The notes: generated from the letters alone by a model not told the origin. A DNA stretch of 64,000 nucleotides from an uncultured Gammaproteobacteria bacterium (GCA_963797555.1 CAWCPV010000002.1:64001-128000), one strand, 5' to 3'. Positions 42,616 through 53,279 are shown, numbered from the stretch's first letter. Numbers and translations are program-made.

Positions 42616-45600
42616 ATGATCTCGCACTTTTTTATCGACCGCCCCATCTTCTCGGCGGTCATCTCCATCGTCATCGCGATCGCCGGCCTCGTGGCGATGG
42701 TGCAACTGCCGATCGCCCAGTACCCCCAGATCACCCCGGTCCAGATCCAGGTGAGCGCGACCTATCCGGGCGCCAACGCCGACCTGGTAGCGCAGAACGT
42801 GGGTGCGCCCATCGAGGGGCAGGTGAACGGCGCCAACAACATGATCTACATGTCGTCCACCAGCGCCTCGACGGGCAACTACACTCTGACGGTCTACTTC
42901 ACGATCGGCACCGACCCGTCGCTGGCCCAGGTGGACGTGCAGAACCGGGTGAGCCAGGCGATGCCGCAGCTACCGCAGGCGGTGCAGACGCAGGGCGTCA
43001 ACGTCCAGCAGAGGACCCAGACCTTTCTCATGATCCTGGCGCTCTACTCGCCGGACGGGCGCTACAACGCGGACTACGTCGCGAACTACACGAATGTCTT
43101 CGTCCTTGATGCGATCAAGCGCATCCAGGGCGCGAACCAGACATCGATCTTCGGCGTCCCCGACTACGCCATGCGCATCTGGCTCAAGCCGGACCGGATG
43201 GCCCAGCTCGGCCTCACCACGAGCGACATTGCGAACGCGGTGTCCAAGCAGAACCAGCAATTCGCCGTCGGCCGCATCGGCGACTCGCCCACGCCCTACC
43301 CGGTAAAGCAGACCTTTCCGGTAACGACCAGCGGGGCCTTCACCGAGCCGTCGCAGTTCGAGAACATCATCCTGCGCGCCGAGAACCAGGCGGCCTCCAT
43401 CGTGCGGCTGAAGGATGTCGGGCACGCGGACCTCGGTCGCAAGAGCTACGCGCTGCGCACCGATTACCAGGGCAAGCCGGCGACGCTGATCGCGGTCTAC
43501 CAGCAGCCGGGCGCCAATGCCATCGAGGTCTCCAAGCAGGTGCGCGCCACCCTGGCGGAGCTGTCGAAAAGCTTCCCGGAGGGCCTCAAATACGACATCG
43601 CCCTCGACACTACCCGCTTCGTACAGGCTTCGATAACCGAGGTGATCCACACCTTCTTCGAGGCGGTCGTGCTAGTGGTGCTGGTGGTGTTCATATTCCT
43701 GCACAGCCTGCGGCTCACCATCATCCCGACCCTCGCGGTACCGGTGTCGATCCTCGGCGCCCTCGTCGGAATGCTGGCCTTCGGCTTCTCCATCAACATG
43801 CTGACCTTGTTCGGAATGATCCTCGCCATCGGCATCGTGGTGGATGACGCGATCGTGGTGGTCGAAAACACCGAGCGCAACATGGTCCAGTACGGTCTGT
43901 CGCCCGCGGACGCCGCCAAGCGCGCCATGGACGAGGTGACCGGGCCGGTCATCGCCATCGTGCTGGTGCTGAATGCCGTGTTCATTCCGGTGGCTTTCCT
44001 GGGCGGCATCACCGGCCAGCTCTACAAGCAGTTCGCCGTCACCATCGCCATCTCGGTGGTGTTTTCGGGCTTGGTCGCGCTCACCCTGTCGCCTGCGCTG
44101 GCGGCGCTGCTCATCCAGGCCAAGCACGGCGGGAAGAAGGGCTTCTTCAAGTGGTTCGACGACACCTTCGAACGCCTGACCAACGGTTACGTAAGGGGCG
44201 TGAAAGGGCTCATGAAGCGGTGGGGGCTGGGCCTGGTCGCTTTCGCCCTGGTCATCGCCGGTGCCGTTTGGCTGTTCAAGATCTGGCCCACCGCGTTCGT
44301 CCCGCAGGAGGACCAGGGTTACCTGTTAGTACCCTATTTCTTGCCCGACGCGGCGAGCCTGGACCGCACCGCCACCGTGGGACACCAGGCGGCCGCCTTC
44401 ATGAATAGCAGCCCCGCGGTGGCGAACGTAACCGAGGTCGACGGCTACAGCTTGATCGATTCCCAGAACAAGACCAACAACGGCGTGCTGTTCGTTTCGC
44501 TAAAGGACTACGGGCAGCGCAAGTCGGTGGCGTTGCAGGCGCCGGCGGTGATCGAGGAGGCGAGGAAGGCTTACGCCAACATCCAGGAGGGATTGGTCTT
44601 CCCGGTCAACCCGCCCGCGATCCCGGGACTCGGCGTCACCGCCGGCTTCCAGATGTGGATCCAGCAAAAGGGCGGCGGCAACTATGCGCAGCTTGCCAAT
44701 GTGGCGCGCGAAATCGTCGAGAAAGCGCGGGCGCGCCCCGAGTTGGCCGGCGTGAACACCACCATCAGCGCCACCAACCAGCAACTCCTCGCGGACGTGG
44801 ACCGCGAGAAGGCGGAGGTGCTCGGCGTCCCCGTGCAGGAGGTCTATAACACGCTGCAGACCATGTTCGGCTCGCTGTATGTGAGCCAGTTCCCCAAGGA
44901 CTCGCGCCTGTGGCAGGTCATCCTGCAGGCGGAGCCGCAATATCGGATGACTCCCGAAGACATCGGCCGCTTCTACGTCAAGAACCGCGAAGGCAAGATG
45001 GTACCGCTGTCCGCAGTGGTGACGACCCGCTACGTCAGCGGCCCGGACCTAGTGACGCGCTTCAACAACTACCCGGCGGTGCAGATCACCGGTGCCGCCA
45101 GCCCCGGCGTCAGCTCCGGCCAGTCGCTCGCAGCGATTCGGCAGGTCGCCGAAGAAGTGATGCCCGAGAACTACGGCTTCGAGTGGGCGGGAGAGGCGCG
45201 CGAGGAGGTGGCTTCGGGCTCGACTTCCGCCATCGCCTTCGTGTTCGGCTTGATTTTCGTGTTCCTGATTCTCGCCGCCCAGTACGAGAGCTGGTCGCTA
45301 CCGGTCGGCGTGATGATGGCGGTGCCCTTCGCCCTGCTCGGGGCCCTGGTCGCCATCGTGCTGCGGGGCATTCCCAACGACCTTTACTTCCAGATCGGCC
45401 TGCTCACGCTCATCGGGCTCGCGGCGAAGAACGCGATCCTGATCGTCGAGTTCGCCGTGGAGATGCATCGCAGGGAGGGAATGTCGTTCTTCGACGCTGC
45501 GGCGGAGGCAGCACGCCTGCGCCTGCGGCCCATCATCATGACTTCCTTCGCCTTCGTGCTGGGCACCGTGCCGCTCGCCATCGCGACAGGCGCCTCCGCC

Positions 45601-45813
45601 AACAGCCGGCATTCGATCGGCACGGGCGTCATCGGCGGCACTCTGGCGGCCACGCTCATCGCGATCTTCTTCATCCCGATGTTTTACTGGCTGCTGGAAA
45701 CCATGAGCGCAAAGCTCTTCGGCGCTGAAAAGGCAGCGCCGCCCGCCGCTCCGGCGCCGGGAGGCGGTGCGGCTGCAGCCACTGCCCCGCACGCGCCGCG
45801 AGAGGGCAACTGA
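42616..45813 (+). CDS. RND efflux permease (HAE1, AcrB/BepE-like)
   Basis: FFIDRPIF, GIVVDDAIVVVEN, KNAILIVEFA, RLRPIIMTS. Confidence 0.96.
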   Translation: MISHFFIDRPIFSAVISIVIAIAGLVAMVQLPIAQYPQITPVQIQVSATYPGANADLVAQNVGAPIEGQVNGANNMIYMSSTSASTGNYTLTVYFTIGTDPSLAQVDVQNRVSQAMPQLPQAVQTQGVNVQQRTQTFLMILALYSPDGRYNADYVANYTNVFVLDAIKRIQGANQTSIFGVPDYAMRIWLKPDRMAQLGLTTSDIANAVSKQNQQFAVGRIGDSPTPYPVKQTFPVTTSGAFTEPSQFENIILRAENQAASIVRLKDVGHADLGRKSYALRTDYQGKPATLIAVYQQPGANAIEVSKQVRATLAELSKSFPEGLKYDIALDTTRFVQASITEVIHTFFEAVVLVVLVVFIFLHSLRLTIIPTLAVPVSILGALVGMLAFGFSINMLTLFGMILAIGIVVDDAIVVVENTERNMVQYGLSPADAAKRAMDEVTGPVIAIVLVLNAVFIPVAFLGGITGQLYKQFAVTIAISVVFSGLVALTLSPALAALLIQAKHGGKKGFFKWFDDTFERLTNGYVRGVKGLMKRWGLGLVAFALVIAGAVWLFKIWPTAFVPQEDQGYLLVPYFLPDAASLDRTATVGHQAAAFMNSSPAVANVTEVDGYSLIDSQNKTNNGVLFVSLKDYGQRKSVALQAPAVIEEARKAYANIQEGLVFPVNPPAIPGLGVTAGFQMWIQQKGGGNYAQLANVAREIVEKARARPELAGVNTTISATNQQLLADVDREKAEVLGVPVQEVYNTLQTMFGSLYVSQFPKDSRLWQVILQAEPQYRMTPEDIGRFYVKNREGKMVPLSAVVTTRYVSGPDLVTRFNNYPAVQITGAASPGVSSGQSLAAIRQVAEEVMPENYGFEWAGEAREEVASGSTSAIAFVFGLIFVFLILAAQYESWSLPVGVMMAVPFALLGALVAIVLRGIPNDLYFQIGLLTLIGLAAKNAILIVEFAVEMHRREGMSFFDAAAEAARLRLRPIIMTSFAFVLGTVPLAIATGASANSRHSIGTGVIGGTLAATLIAIFFIPMFYWLLETMSAKLFGAEKAAPPAAPAPGGGAAAATAPHAPREGN

Positions 45814-45814
45814 C

Positions 45815-47497
45815 ATGCGCCGTTCGGTAGTGGCGGCGATCGTCTGCGCTCTACTGGCAGGCTGCATGGTCGGTCCGGACTACCGCCGCCCGAAGGTCGA
45901 CGTGCCGGCGTCCTTCCGCTTCGAGCCGAGCACGGTGGCAAACACGGTCAACGCCGAATGGTGGAAGCAGTTCGGTGACCCGGTGCTCGACCAGCTCATC
46001 GCCGGGGCGCTGGCCAACAACTGGAACGTCAAGATCGCCGCCGCGAACGTCGAAGCAGCCGCCGGCGTGCTGACCCAAACGCGGGCACCGCTGTTCCCGC
46101 AGCTCGGCTACAGCGGCCAAGGCGCTCGCCAGCGCCTGTCCGAGAGCACCGCCACACCGGTACCGGCGGGCGCAGCCAATCCGCAGAACACGTTCCAGGC
46201 GCTCGCCGGAGCGAGCTGGGAGATCGACCTGTGGGGACGCATCCGCCGGCTGTCCGAGGCGGCGCAGGCCAATCTGCTCGCCACGGAGGAAGCCCGGCGC
46301 GGGGTGATCCTGTCGCTGGTCGCCTCGGTGGCGGCCGACTACCTGCAGCTTCGCGGTCTCGACGAGCAACTGGCGATCTCGAAGCAGACGTTGGCCACCT
46401 ATGGCGCGTCGCTGGACCTGTTCGAGCTGCAGTTCAAGTACGGTCAGGTCTCGGAGATGACCGTCGCACAGGCCAAGTCGCAGTACGAGACCGCCGCCGC
46501 CCAGATCCCCGCGATCGAGCAGCAGATAGCTCAACTGGAGAATGCGCTATCGATCCTGCTCGGCCGCAACCCGGGAGCGATCCCGCGCGGCAAGACCATC
46601 TTGGCGCTCTCCCTGCCGGTCGTCCCGGCCGGCCTTCCGTCACAACTGCTGGAGCAGCGCCCCGACTTACTGCAGGCCGAGCAGCAGCTCATTGCCGCCA
46701 ACGCCCAGATCGGGGCTGCCAAGGCACTGTACTTCCCGACCATCTCGCTGACCGGCGCCTCCGGCAGCGTCAGCGCCTCCCTCTCGAAACTGTTTACGGG
46801 CCCGGCCAACGTCTGGAGCTTTGCCGGGTCTTTCACCGGCCCGATCTTCACCGCCGGGGCGATCAGCGGACAGGTGGCGCAGGCCGAGGCCGGGCAGAAG
46901 GCGGCGCTCTACAACTACCAGCAGTCGATCCAAAGCGCCTTTGCCGATGTATCGGACGCGCTGATCGCCCGGCAGAAGCTCGGCGAGCAAAGCAAGGCCC
47001 AGGAACAACTCGTACTGGCGCTACGTAATTACTCGCGCCTGGCGCGGATGCAGTACGACGGCGGCTATGCGCCGTATTTTGCGGTGCTGCAGGCCGAGCA
47101 GCAGCTCTTTCCGGCCGAGTTGAGCTGGGCGGCCACCCGTGCCTCGACCTTCGCGTCCCTGGTCCGTATCTATCAGGCGCTGGGTGGAGGATGGATCGAC
47201 GAGGCCGCGAAGCTTGATCGATTCCCAGAACAAGAGGCTGCCGACCTTCTTGCTTTTTCTGGGCCTGCTCGGGGGACTCGCGGTCTACGGGTTCCTGCGC
47301 ATCTTGATCGGTCCATTGATCGTCACGGTACTGGCAGCCTTCCTGGAGATCTGCCAGACGGAATACGCCGGACCGCCGCTGGGCAAGGACGCCGACCCGA
47401 CGGGCGGTCCCCATTGAAGGCTGAGCTTTACTTCCCCTCGCGCACCGCCGAGCCCAGCAGCACCGCCTGCGGTCCGAGCCCTGGGCGACTTGTCTAA
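45815..47497 (+). CDS. NodT/TolC-family outer-membrane factor with non-native C-terminal extension after 47214
   Basis: LAGC lipobox, WEIDLWG, RPDL..AE, YQALGGGW; sequence after AAKL is foreign. Confidence 0.9.
   Translation: MRRSVVAAIVCALLAGCMVGPDYRRPKVDVPASFRFEPSTVANTVNAEWWKQFGDPVLDQLIAGALANNWNVKIAAANVEAAAGVLTQTRAPLFPQLGYSGQGARQRLSESTATPVPAGAANPQNTFQALAGASWEIDLWGRIRRLSEAAQANLLATEEARRGVILSLVASVAADYLQLRGLDEQLAISKQTLATYGASLDLFELQFKYGQVSEMTVAQAKSQYETAAAQIPAIEQQIAQLENALSILLGRNPGAIPRGKTILALSLPVVPAGLPSQLLEQRPDLLQAEQQLIAANAQIGAAKALYFPTISLTGASGSVSASLSKLFTGPANVWSFAGSFTGPIFTAGAISGQVAQAEAGQKAALYNYQQSIQSAFADVSDALIARQKLGEQSKAQEQLVLALRNYSRLARMQYDGGYAPYFAVLQAEQQLFPAELSWAATRASTFASLVRIYQALGGGWIDEAAKLDRFPEQEAADLLAFSGPARGTRGLRVPAHLDRSIDRHGTGSLPGDLPDGIRRTAAGQGRRPDGRSPLKAELYFPSRTAEPSSTACGPSPGRLV
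46734..47214 (+). repeat. 481-bp direct repeat, copy 1 (3' part of OMF gene)
   Basis: Matches 49408-49888 with about 6 substitutions seen by eye. Confidence 0.93.
47236..47417 (+). pseudogene. C-terminal fragment of an AI-2E family transporter
   Basis: RLPTFLLFLGLLGGLAVYGFLRILIGPLIVTVLAAFLEI. Confidence 0.6.
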
Positions 47498-47636
47498 CCG
47501 GGAGCCCCGGCATTTCGGTGCCTCACCCGTTATTTCGTGGGCGTGGGGTAGCGCGGGTAGCGGCAGGCTGCTCCGTTTCGGCCCAGGGTCTTCGACCCAA
47601 ACGGCTCGGGTACCGGAGCGGCGTACCGACGAAGGA

Positions 47637-47652
47637 TGGCATAGGGTATGCT
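47637..47652 (+). promoter_or_regulatory. Sigma-54 promoter candidate upstream of DUF3302-HlyD pair
   Basis: TGGCATAGGGTATGCT (GG-N10-GC). Confidence 0.5.
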
Positions 47653-47819
47653 CTTCCACCCGCCGTGAGCGCGCCATGCGACACTCTTCGCATGGGACCC
47701 GAGCGGGTGCGCCCTGCGGCTAAACCCCCTCGCCAGGCAGCGCACGTAAATGGCCCACGAAAATAGCCCGCGGCCAGGTAAACGCGGGAATTCGACCCTT
47801 TCGGTAACGGAGCAGCCCA

Positions 47820-48158
47820 ATGGTATTGGACTATGTTGCACTGGGAATCCTGATCTTCGTCGTCATAGTGCTGTTCTATGGGATCATCGCGGTCCACGAC
47901 ATCCCTTACGAGATGGCGAAGCACCGCAACCATCCGCATCAGGACGCCATTCACGTGGCCGGATGGATTAGCCTGTTCACCCTCCACGTCATCTGGCCGT
48001 TCCTCTGGATCTGGGCCACCCTGTACCGCCCCGACCGCGGGTACGGCTTCAACCCGCAGGTCGACCACGCCGAGCTGCAACGTATGCGGGACGCCAATCA
48101 GGCCCTGGCGGCCCGCGTTGCGGCACTGGAGGGGCGAACGCACGAGGAGGGGGTGTAA
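47820..48158 (+). CDS. DUF3302 (YibI/YiaW-like) membrane protein
   Basis: HDIPYE.AK.RNHPHQDAIHVAGW.SLFTLHVIWPFLWIWA. Confidence 0.92.
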   Translation: MVLDYVALGILIFVVIVLFYGIIAVHDIPYEMAKHRNHPHQDAIHVAGWISLFTLHVIWPFLWIWATLYRPDRGYGFNPQVDHAELQRMRDANQALAARVAALEGRTHEEGV

Positions 48159-49303
48159 TGGACCTGCTGCTTATCCTGACCTACGCGGCGCTCTGTTACG
48201 CCGCCTTCAAGGTCTTCAATATCCCCGTCAATAAGTGGACCGTGCCGACCGCCGTGCTGGGGGGCGTGGTTATCATCGCGACCATCCTGCTGTTCATGAG
48301 CTACAACCACCCGTTCACCCCGATGGCACGGTTCTACTTCATCACGGTACCTATAATTCCGGAGGTCGCGGGGCAGGTGACGGAGGTGCCAATCAGAGCG
48401 AACCTGCAGTTGAAGAAAGGGGACGTGCTGTTCAAGATCGACCCCGCGCCTTACCAGTACACGGTGGACCAAAAGCGGGCCGCGCTGGCTGAGGCCGAGC
48501 AGGAAGTCCCCCAACTCAAGGCCGCCGTCGACTCGGCCAACGCCAAGGTACAAGAGGTCACCGCCGAGCGCGACCGGGCGCGGTCGCAGTACAACCGTTA
48601 CGCGGAGGCCAACCGCCGCGCGGGCGTGAACAAACCGTTCTCCGAGCAACAGGTCGAGAACCAGCGCCAGCTCTACCTCGCCAAGGAAGGGGAGCTGGCG
48701 AGTGTCACGGCGAACGCGGAGCAGGCGAGGCTGGCCTCTGTATCGCAGATCGGCGGCGTGAACACCACCGTCGCCCAGCTTCAGGCCCAGCTTAGGGATG
48801 CGGAGCGCGACCTCGCCTATACGGTCGTGCGCGCGCCGACCGACGGGACCGTGCCCCTCGTCGGGCTGCGCCCGGGCATGCGGGTCGTCCCATTGCCACT
48901 ACGGCCGGTGCTGGCGTTCGTACCCACAGGGAACACCGTGTTCGCCGCCGCCTTCGTGCAGAACGCCATGCAGCGCGTGAAGACCGGCTACGATGCGGAG
49001 ATCGCTTTCGACGCCGTGCCGGGACGGGTGTTCCGGGGCAAGGTCGGCCGCATCATCGATGCGATGGTTCAGGGGGAGATCCAGGCCGGCGGCACCTTGA
49101 TAGACCCGGCGGCGCGGCCGTTGCCAGGAAGGGTGCTCGTCGAGATCCTCATCGAGGACGACCTTTCTCCCTATCAGCTTCCGCCGGGCAGCAGCGCACA
49201 GGTGGCGGTCTACAGCGAGCATGCGCATATGTTCGCAATCATTCGCAAGATCCTGCTGCGCATGAAGAGCTGGCAGAACTACGTGTTCATAGAGGGACAC
49301 TGA
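48158..49303 (+). CDS. HlyD-family protein (YibH/YiaV-like)
   Basis: MDLLLILTY, NKWTVPTAVLGG, YNHPFT, RKILLRMKSWQNY. Confidence 0.92.
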   Translation: MDLLLILTYAALCYAAFKVFNIPVNKWTVPTAVLGGVVIIATILLFMSYNHPFTPMARFYFITVPIIPEVAGQVTEVPIRANLQLKKGDVLFKIDPAPYQYTVDQKRAALAEAEQEVPQLKAAVDSANAKVQEVTAERDRARSQYNRYAEANRRAGVNKPFSEQQVENQRQLYLAKEGELASVTANAEQARLASVSQIGGVNTTVAQLQAQLRDAERDLAYTVVRAPTDGTVPLVGLRPGMRVVPLPLRPVLAFVPTGNTVFAAAFVQNAMQRVKTGYDAEIAFDAVPGRVFRGKVGRIIDAMVQGEIQAGGTLIDPAARPLPGRVLVEILIEDDLSPYQLPPGSSAQVAVYSEHAHMFAIIRKILLRMKSWQNYVFIEGH

Positions 49304-49407
49304 CGTGGCGCTCGCTGGAACCGATGCTGGACGGGGGACAGCGGCTGGGAGGGTCAGCGGGCTCGTAGAGATGGGGTCGCCAACCGATGTCCTCGCGGGC
49401 GGCCCCC

Positions 49408-49925
49408 TCCCGACCATCTCGCTGACCGGCGCCTCTGGCAGCGTCAGCGCCTCCCTCTCGAAACTGTTTACGGGCCCGGCCAACGTCTGGAGCTTTGCCG
49501 GGTCTTTCACCGGCCCGATCTTCACCGCCGGGGCGATCAGCGGACAGGTGGCGCAGGCCGAGGCCGGGCAGAAGGCGGCGCTCTACAACTACCAGCAGTC
49601 GATCCAGAGCGCCTTTGCCGATGTATCGGACGCGCTGATCGCCCGGCAGAAGCTCGGCGAGCAAAGCAAGGCCCAGGAAGAACTCGTACTGGCGCTGCAT
49701 AATTACTCGCGCCTGGCGCGGATGCAGTACGACGGCGGCTATGCGCCGTATTTTGCGGTGCTGCAGGCCGAGCAGCAGCTCTTTCCGGCCGAGTTGAGCT
49801 GGGCGGCCACCCGTGCCTCGACCTTCGCGTCCCTGGTCCGTATCTACCAGGCGCTGGGTGGAGGATGGATCGACGAGGCCGCGAAGCTGACCGAGGCGCA
49901 GATTGCACCGGCCGCCTCGCGGTAG
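49408..49925 (+). pseudogene. Duplicated 3' end of the OMF gene carrying the probable native C-terminus (repeat copy 2: 49408-49888)
   Basis: Ends GGGWIDEAAKLTEAQIAPAASR* followed by hairpin CCTCGCG...CGCGGGG-TTTT. Confidence 0.85.
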
Positions 49926-50108
49926 ACACGCGGGGTTTTCTGCTTGCCGTGATGGTGCGATCGGCCAGCATCCCGGATGGCGTGAAGCGCGCGGTGCCGA
50001 CATAGGGCCGGCGGCGGGATCGGTCAATCGGACGCGAGTCAATTGCTATCGGAGCCGGCTGCGAGTAACATCGCAGCCTTGTTCAGGCCACTAACCGTTG
50101 GAGAAAAC

Positions 50109-50573
50109 ATGATGAAGCGAGTGAGCTATACGTTGCTGGCGGGCCTTTTGGTACTGCCCTTGCTGGGAGTGAACGGGAGCGCGCGGGCACAAGAAACGCC
50201 GCCATCTGCCACCTTCTCTTGCGAGACCACCTCTGTCGTAATCGGGATCGGGTTCTCTTGGGGCAAGTGCAAGATGGAGTACCAGGGCCATGAGTGTCTC
50301 TTCAAGATGGACGGGATGAGCCTGGTCGGCCTCGGCATCAGCAAGGCGGCATTGACCGGGAAAGTCTACAACATGAAGAATCTGGTCGACTTTGCAGGCG
50401 GATACAAGGCCGGCGGAGTAGGCCTGACCGTCATTGCCGGAGCCGGTGCCGCGAAGCTCAAGAATGACTCGGGCGTGGAGATCGATATCGCGACTCAGAC
50501 AGTGGGTGCAAAGTTCGAGGTCGGCGGCGGCGGCGTGACCGTCGCTCTGGATCCTTCGTGCTTCCAGGGCTAG
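50109..50573 (+). CDS. Exported beta-rich hypothetical protein (DUF1134-like)
   Basis: Signal peptide ARA-QE, GIGFSWG, GKVYNMKNL.DFAG.Y. Confidence 0.7.
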   Translation: MMKRVSYTLLAGLLVLPLLGVNGSARAQETPPSATFSCETTSVVIGIGFSWGKCKMEYQGHECLFKMDGMSLVGLGISKAALTGKVYNMKNLVDFAGGYKAGGVGLTVIAGAGAAKLKNDSGVEIDIATQTVGAKFEVGGGGVTVALDPSCFQG

Positions 50574-51096
50574 TCTCCGGCGCCCGCTCCATCGCTTCCA
50601 CAGCGGACCTGTCGGGAGCGTGAGTCCGTTCTTGGCGCCTGGGCGGCGATGGCTGCCCAGGCGTCTTCGTATCTGAACCCGGGACTCGCGCGACGAATGG
50701 GGTAAGCCTGCACCGTCTGGGCAAAGGCATCACCGGGATGATCGGTGGATCTCTCTTTTGCCAGGTCGCGGAACTTCGTAGCGCTCCACGTGCGGGCGGT
50801 CCCAGTGGATCCATCTGCGGGCCTGAGACCGCGCTACCATGGGGCTCCACGGTCAAGAGTCGAGCGGCGTCGCTATCGGGCCACGGCAGATTTGTTCACA
50901 AGCCGTGTATCAGGGGCACCGAATGGCAGGCGGTGCTTCCCGGTGTCGGCATCGACGCGGTCCCACTCGCCCCCCGTTCAGCCCTTCAACCACCTCCACC
51001 ACGTAGCCGAGCTCGCGGTGCTTCGGGCAGCTTGTCTTGGACCGAAGTCCGCAACCGACAGTCGGTATGCCGGTCAAGCGGGCGAAAGCGGCTCAT

Positions 51097-52095
51097 TTAG
51101 AGGACCTGCTCCAGAGCACGCACCGCCTCTGGGCGGCCCGCGGCCACAAGCTCGTCGGCCGCTTCGAGCTGGGTAGCGCCAGGGGGGCGGAAGAGCATCT
51201 GTTCGCCCCGCTTGATGGCCAGAATGATCATGCCCTCTGCGGCTTCCATCAACTCCCGGAGGGGCTTCCCAATCCACTGGGAAGCAGGTGGAATGGTGAT
51301 GTCCTCAAGCAGCAACTCGGTGCTGCCGACGGAGAGCACCGTGTCGACGAACTCGACGGCGGTCGGCCGCATGGCGAGGTTGGCCATGCGCCTTCCGCCG
51401 ATCGTGTACGGAGAGATGATCCGGTTCGCGCCCGCCAGCCGGAGCTTCGGCTCTGCATCTTCACCGTTAGCGCGCGCAACGATGAACAACGTCGGCCTGA
51501 GCACCCGCGCCGACAGCGTTACAAATATGTTGTGCGCGTCGCTGTCGACGGCCGTCACCAGACCGCGTGCGCGTTCGATACCAGCCTCCTTGAGCACGTC
51601 GACGTTCGCGGCATCACCAGTGACCACCGCGTAGCCGGCCTTGCCAGCCAGATCCAAAGACTGCTGGTTGATGTCGATGACGACGAAACGGACTTTCTCG
51701 CCGGTGAACTCGCGGGCGATTTCCCGACCCACCCGCCCGAACCCGCACAGGATAAAATGGTTATCCAATCTGCTCACCCTCCGTCGCATCCGGCGGCCCC
51801 CGAAAGCGGCTGCGAGCTGCCCTTCGACAGCAAATTCCACAAAGCCGAGGAGCGCATAGAACACCACTCCTACCCCGAGGGCAATCAGTCCAATGGTGAA
51901 CGCGCGGCCCGCGGTACGGAGCGGATGCGCCTCCCCACCCCCCACCGTCGTGAGGGTGGTGACGGTCATGTAAAGGGCTTCGAACCAGTTCCAACCCTCG
52001 ATGAGCATGTAGCCGGCCACGCCCGTGGCGACCAGCGCCAGGACCAAACCGGCTGCTTTGAAGATACGCCAGGGTAGGAACGACCGGTCGCCCAT
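51097..52095 (-). CDS. Potassium channel with TrkA-N/TrkA-C (RCK) domains
   Basis: TLTTVGGGE filter-like motif, CGFGRVG, GDAA, AGANRIISPY. Confidence 0.9.
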   Translation of the reverse strand: MGDRSFLPWRIFKAAGLVLALVATGVAGYMLIEGWNWFEALYMTVTTLTTVGGGEAHPLRTAGRAFTIGLIALGVGVVFYALLGFVEFAVEGQLAAAFGGRRMRRRVSRLDNHFILCGFGRVGREIAREFTGEKVRFVVIDINQQSLDLAGKAGYAVVTGDAANVDVLKEAGIERARGLVTAVDSDAHNIFVTLSARVLRPTLFIVARANGEDAEPKLRLAGANRIISPYTIGGRRMANLAMRPTAVEFVDTVLSVGSTELLLEDITIPPASQWIGKPLRELMEAAEGMIILAIKRGEQMLFRPPGATQLEAADELVAAGRPEAVRALEQVL

Positions 52096-52200
52096 CCGCT
52101 CACGCCGAGAACACTGGCGTGAAGGCTAGCACGGCGCGTCTCGCACCCTCAAGATCGTTACCGCGTCGCGCTGGCGCCAAGCCCGCTGTACACGCGCGGG

Positions 52201-52344
52201 CTCTCGTGCATAAATCTGCTGCGCGTCCCGAGGGCGACATTGCCTGGTGCTCGCTCCGCGCCTATATTCTTGATACGTCTCGCCGCCGCGCTGGTGCTGC
52301 GCCTTGCTCTCGCACCGCTCGCGACGAGATCTTCACAAGCGCTC
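52201..52344 (-). repeat. MITE-like repeat, copy 3 (inverted)
   Basis: Reverse complement reads GCTTGTGAAGATCTCGTCGCGAGCGGTGCGAGAGCAAGGCGCA...GGAGCGAGCACC...CGGGACGCGCAGCAGATTTAT. Confidence 0.8.
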
Positions 52345-52448
52345 ATTACAACTGCGTTTGCCGACGAGGCCACGCCCGTCTTCGGACGGGTCAACGAACG
52401 GGTGATAGCTGCGTCCCCACACTCAAGCGTAACCGAACGAAGCCCACA

Positions 52449-53279
52449 ATGCCCCCAGACATCTATGCCGTGCTGGGCAATCCCATTGCCCACAGCAAGT
52501 CGCCCCACATCCACGCGCTGTTCGCGCGTCAGACGGGCCAGGACATGGTCTATTCGGCCATCCTGGTCGAACGGGACGGCCTCGCCGACGCGCTCGACGC
52601 CTTCCATGCAGAAGGCGGCAAGGGCCTCAACATTACCCTGCCGTTCAAGAAAGAGGCATGGAAGCTGGTGGACGAGCGCAGCGCCCGCGCCGAGCAGGCC
52701 CGCGCGGTCAATACGGTGTCGTTTCGCGAAGACGGCCGTCGCCTGGGAGACAACACGGACGGCATCGGTCTGGTGAGGGATTTGAGGAACAACCTCGGCA
52801 CCGTCCTTCGGGGCAAGCGACTGCTCGTCCTGGGGGCCGGCGGGGCGGTGCGGGGCGTGCTGGGCCCCCTGCTCGAGGAAGAGCCGTTTCAAATCACCAT
52901 CGCCAACCGCACCCCCTGGAGGGCCGTGGATCTCGCCGGCGAATACGGCAAGTTAGGCCCAGTCATGGGCTGTGGGTATGATGCGCTCACCGACCAGCGC
53001 TTCGACATCCTCGTCAACGGCACTTCGGCCAGCCTGAGCGGTGAGGTTCCCCCCCTTCCCGATACCGTGATTGCTCCCGGCGGCTGCTGCTACGACATGA
53101 TGTACGGCAAGGACCCGACGGCCTTCCTGCGCTGGGCCATGGCCCGGGGCGCGTCGGTGGCCGCGGACGGCCTCGGGATGCTGGTGGAGCAGGCAGCCGA
53201 ATCGTTCTTCCTGTGGCGCGGGGTGCGGACGGACACCGCACCGGTCATTCGGGCCCTGCGGGACGGCATGGGAGCCTGA
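52449..53279 (+). CDS. aroE: Shikimate dehydrogenase
   Basis: GNPIAHSKSP.IH, N.TLPFK, AVNT, NTDG.G, GAGGA, DGLGMLVEQAA. Confidence 0.96.
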   Translation: MPPDIYAVLGNPIAHSKSPHIHALFARQTGQDMVYSAILVERDGLADALDAFHAEGGKGLNITLPFKKEAWKLVDERSARAEQARAVNTVSFREDGRRLGDNTDGIGLVRDLRNNLGTVLRGKRLLVLGAGGAVRGVLGPLLEEEPFQITIANRTPWRAVDLAGEYGKLGPVMGCGYDALTDQRFDILVNGTSASLSGEVPPLPDTVIAPGGCCYDMMYGKDPTAFLRWAMARGASVAADGLGMLVEQAAESFFLWRGVRTDTAPVIRALRDGMGA

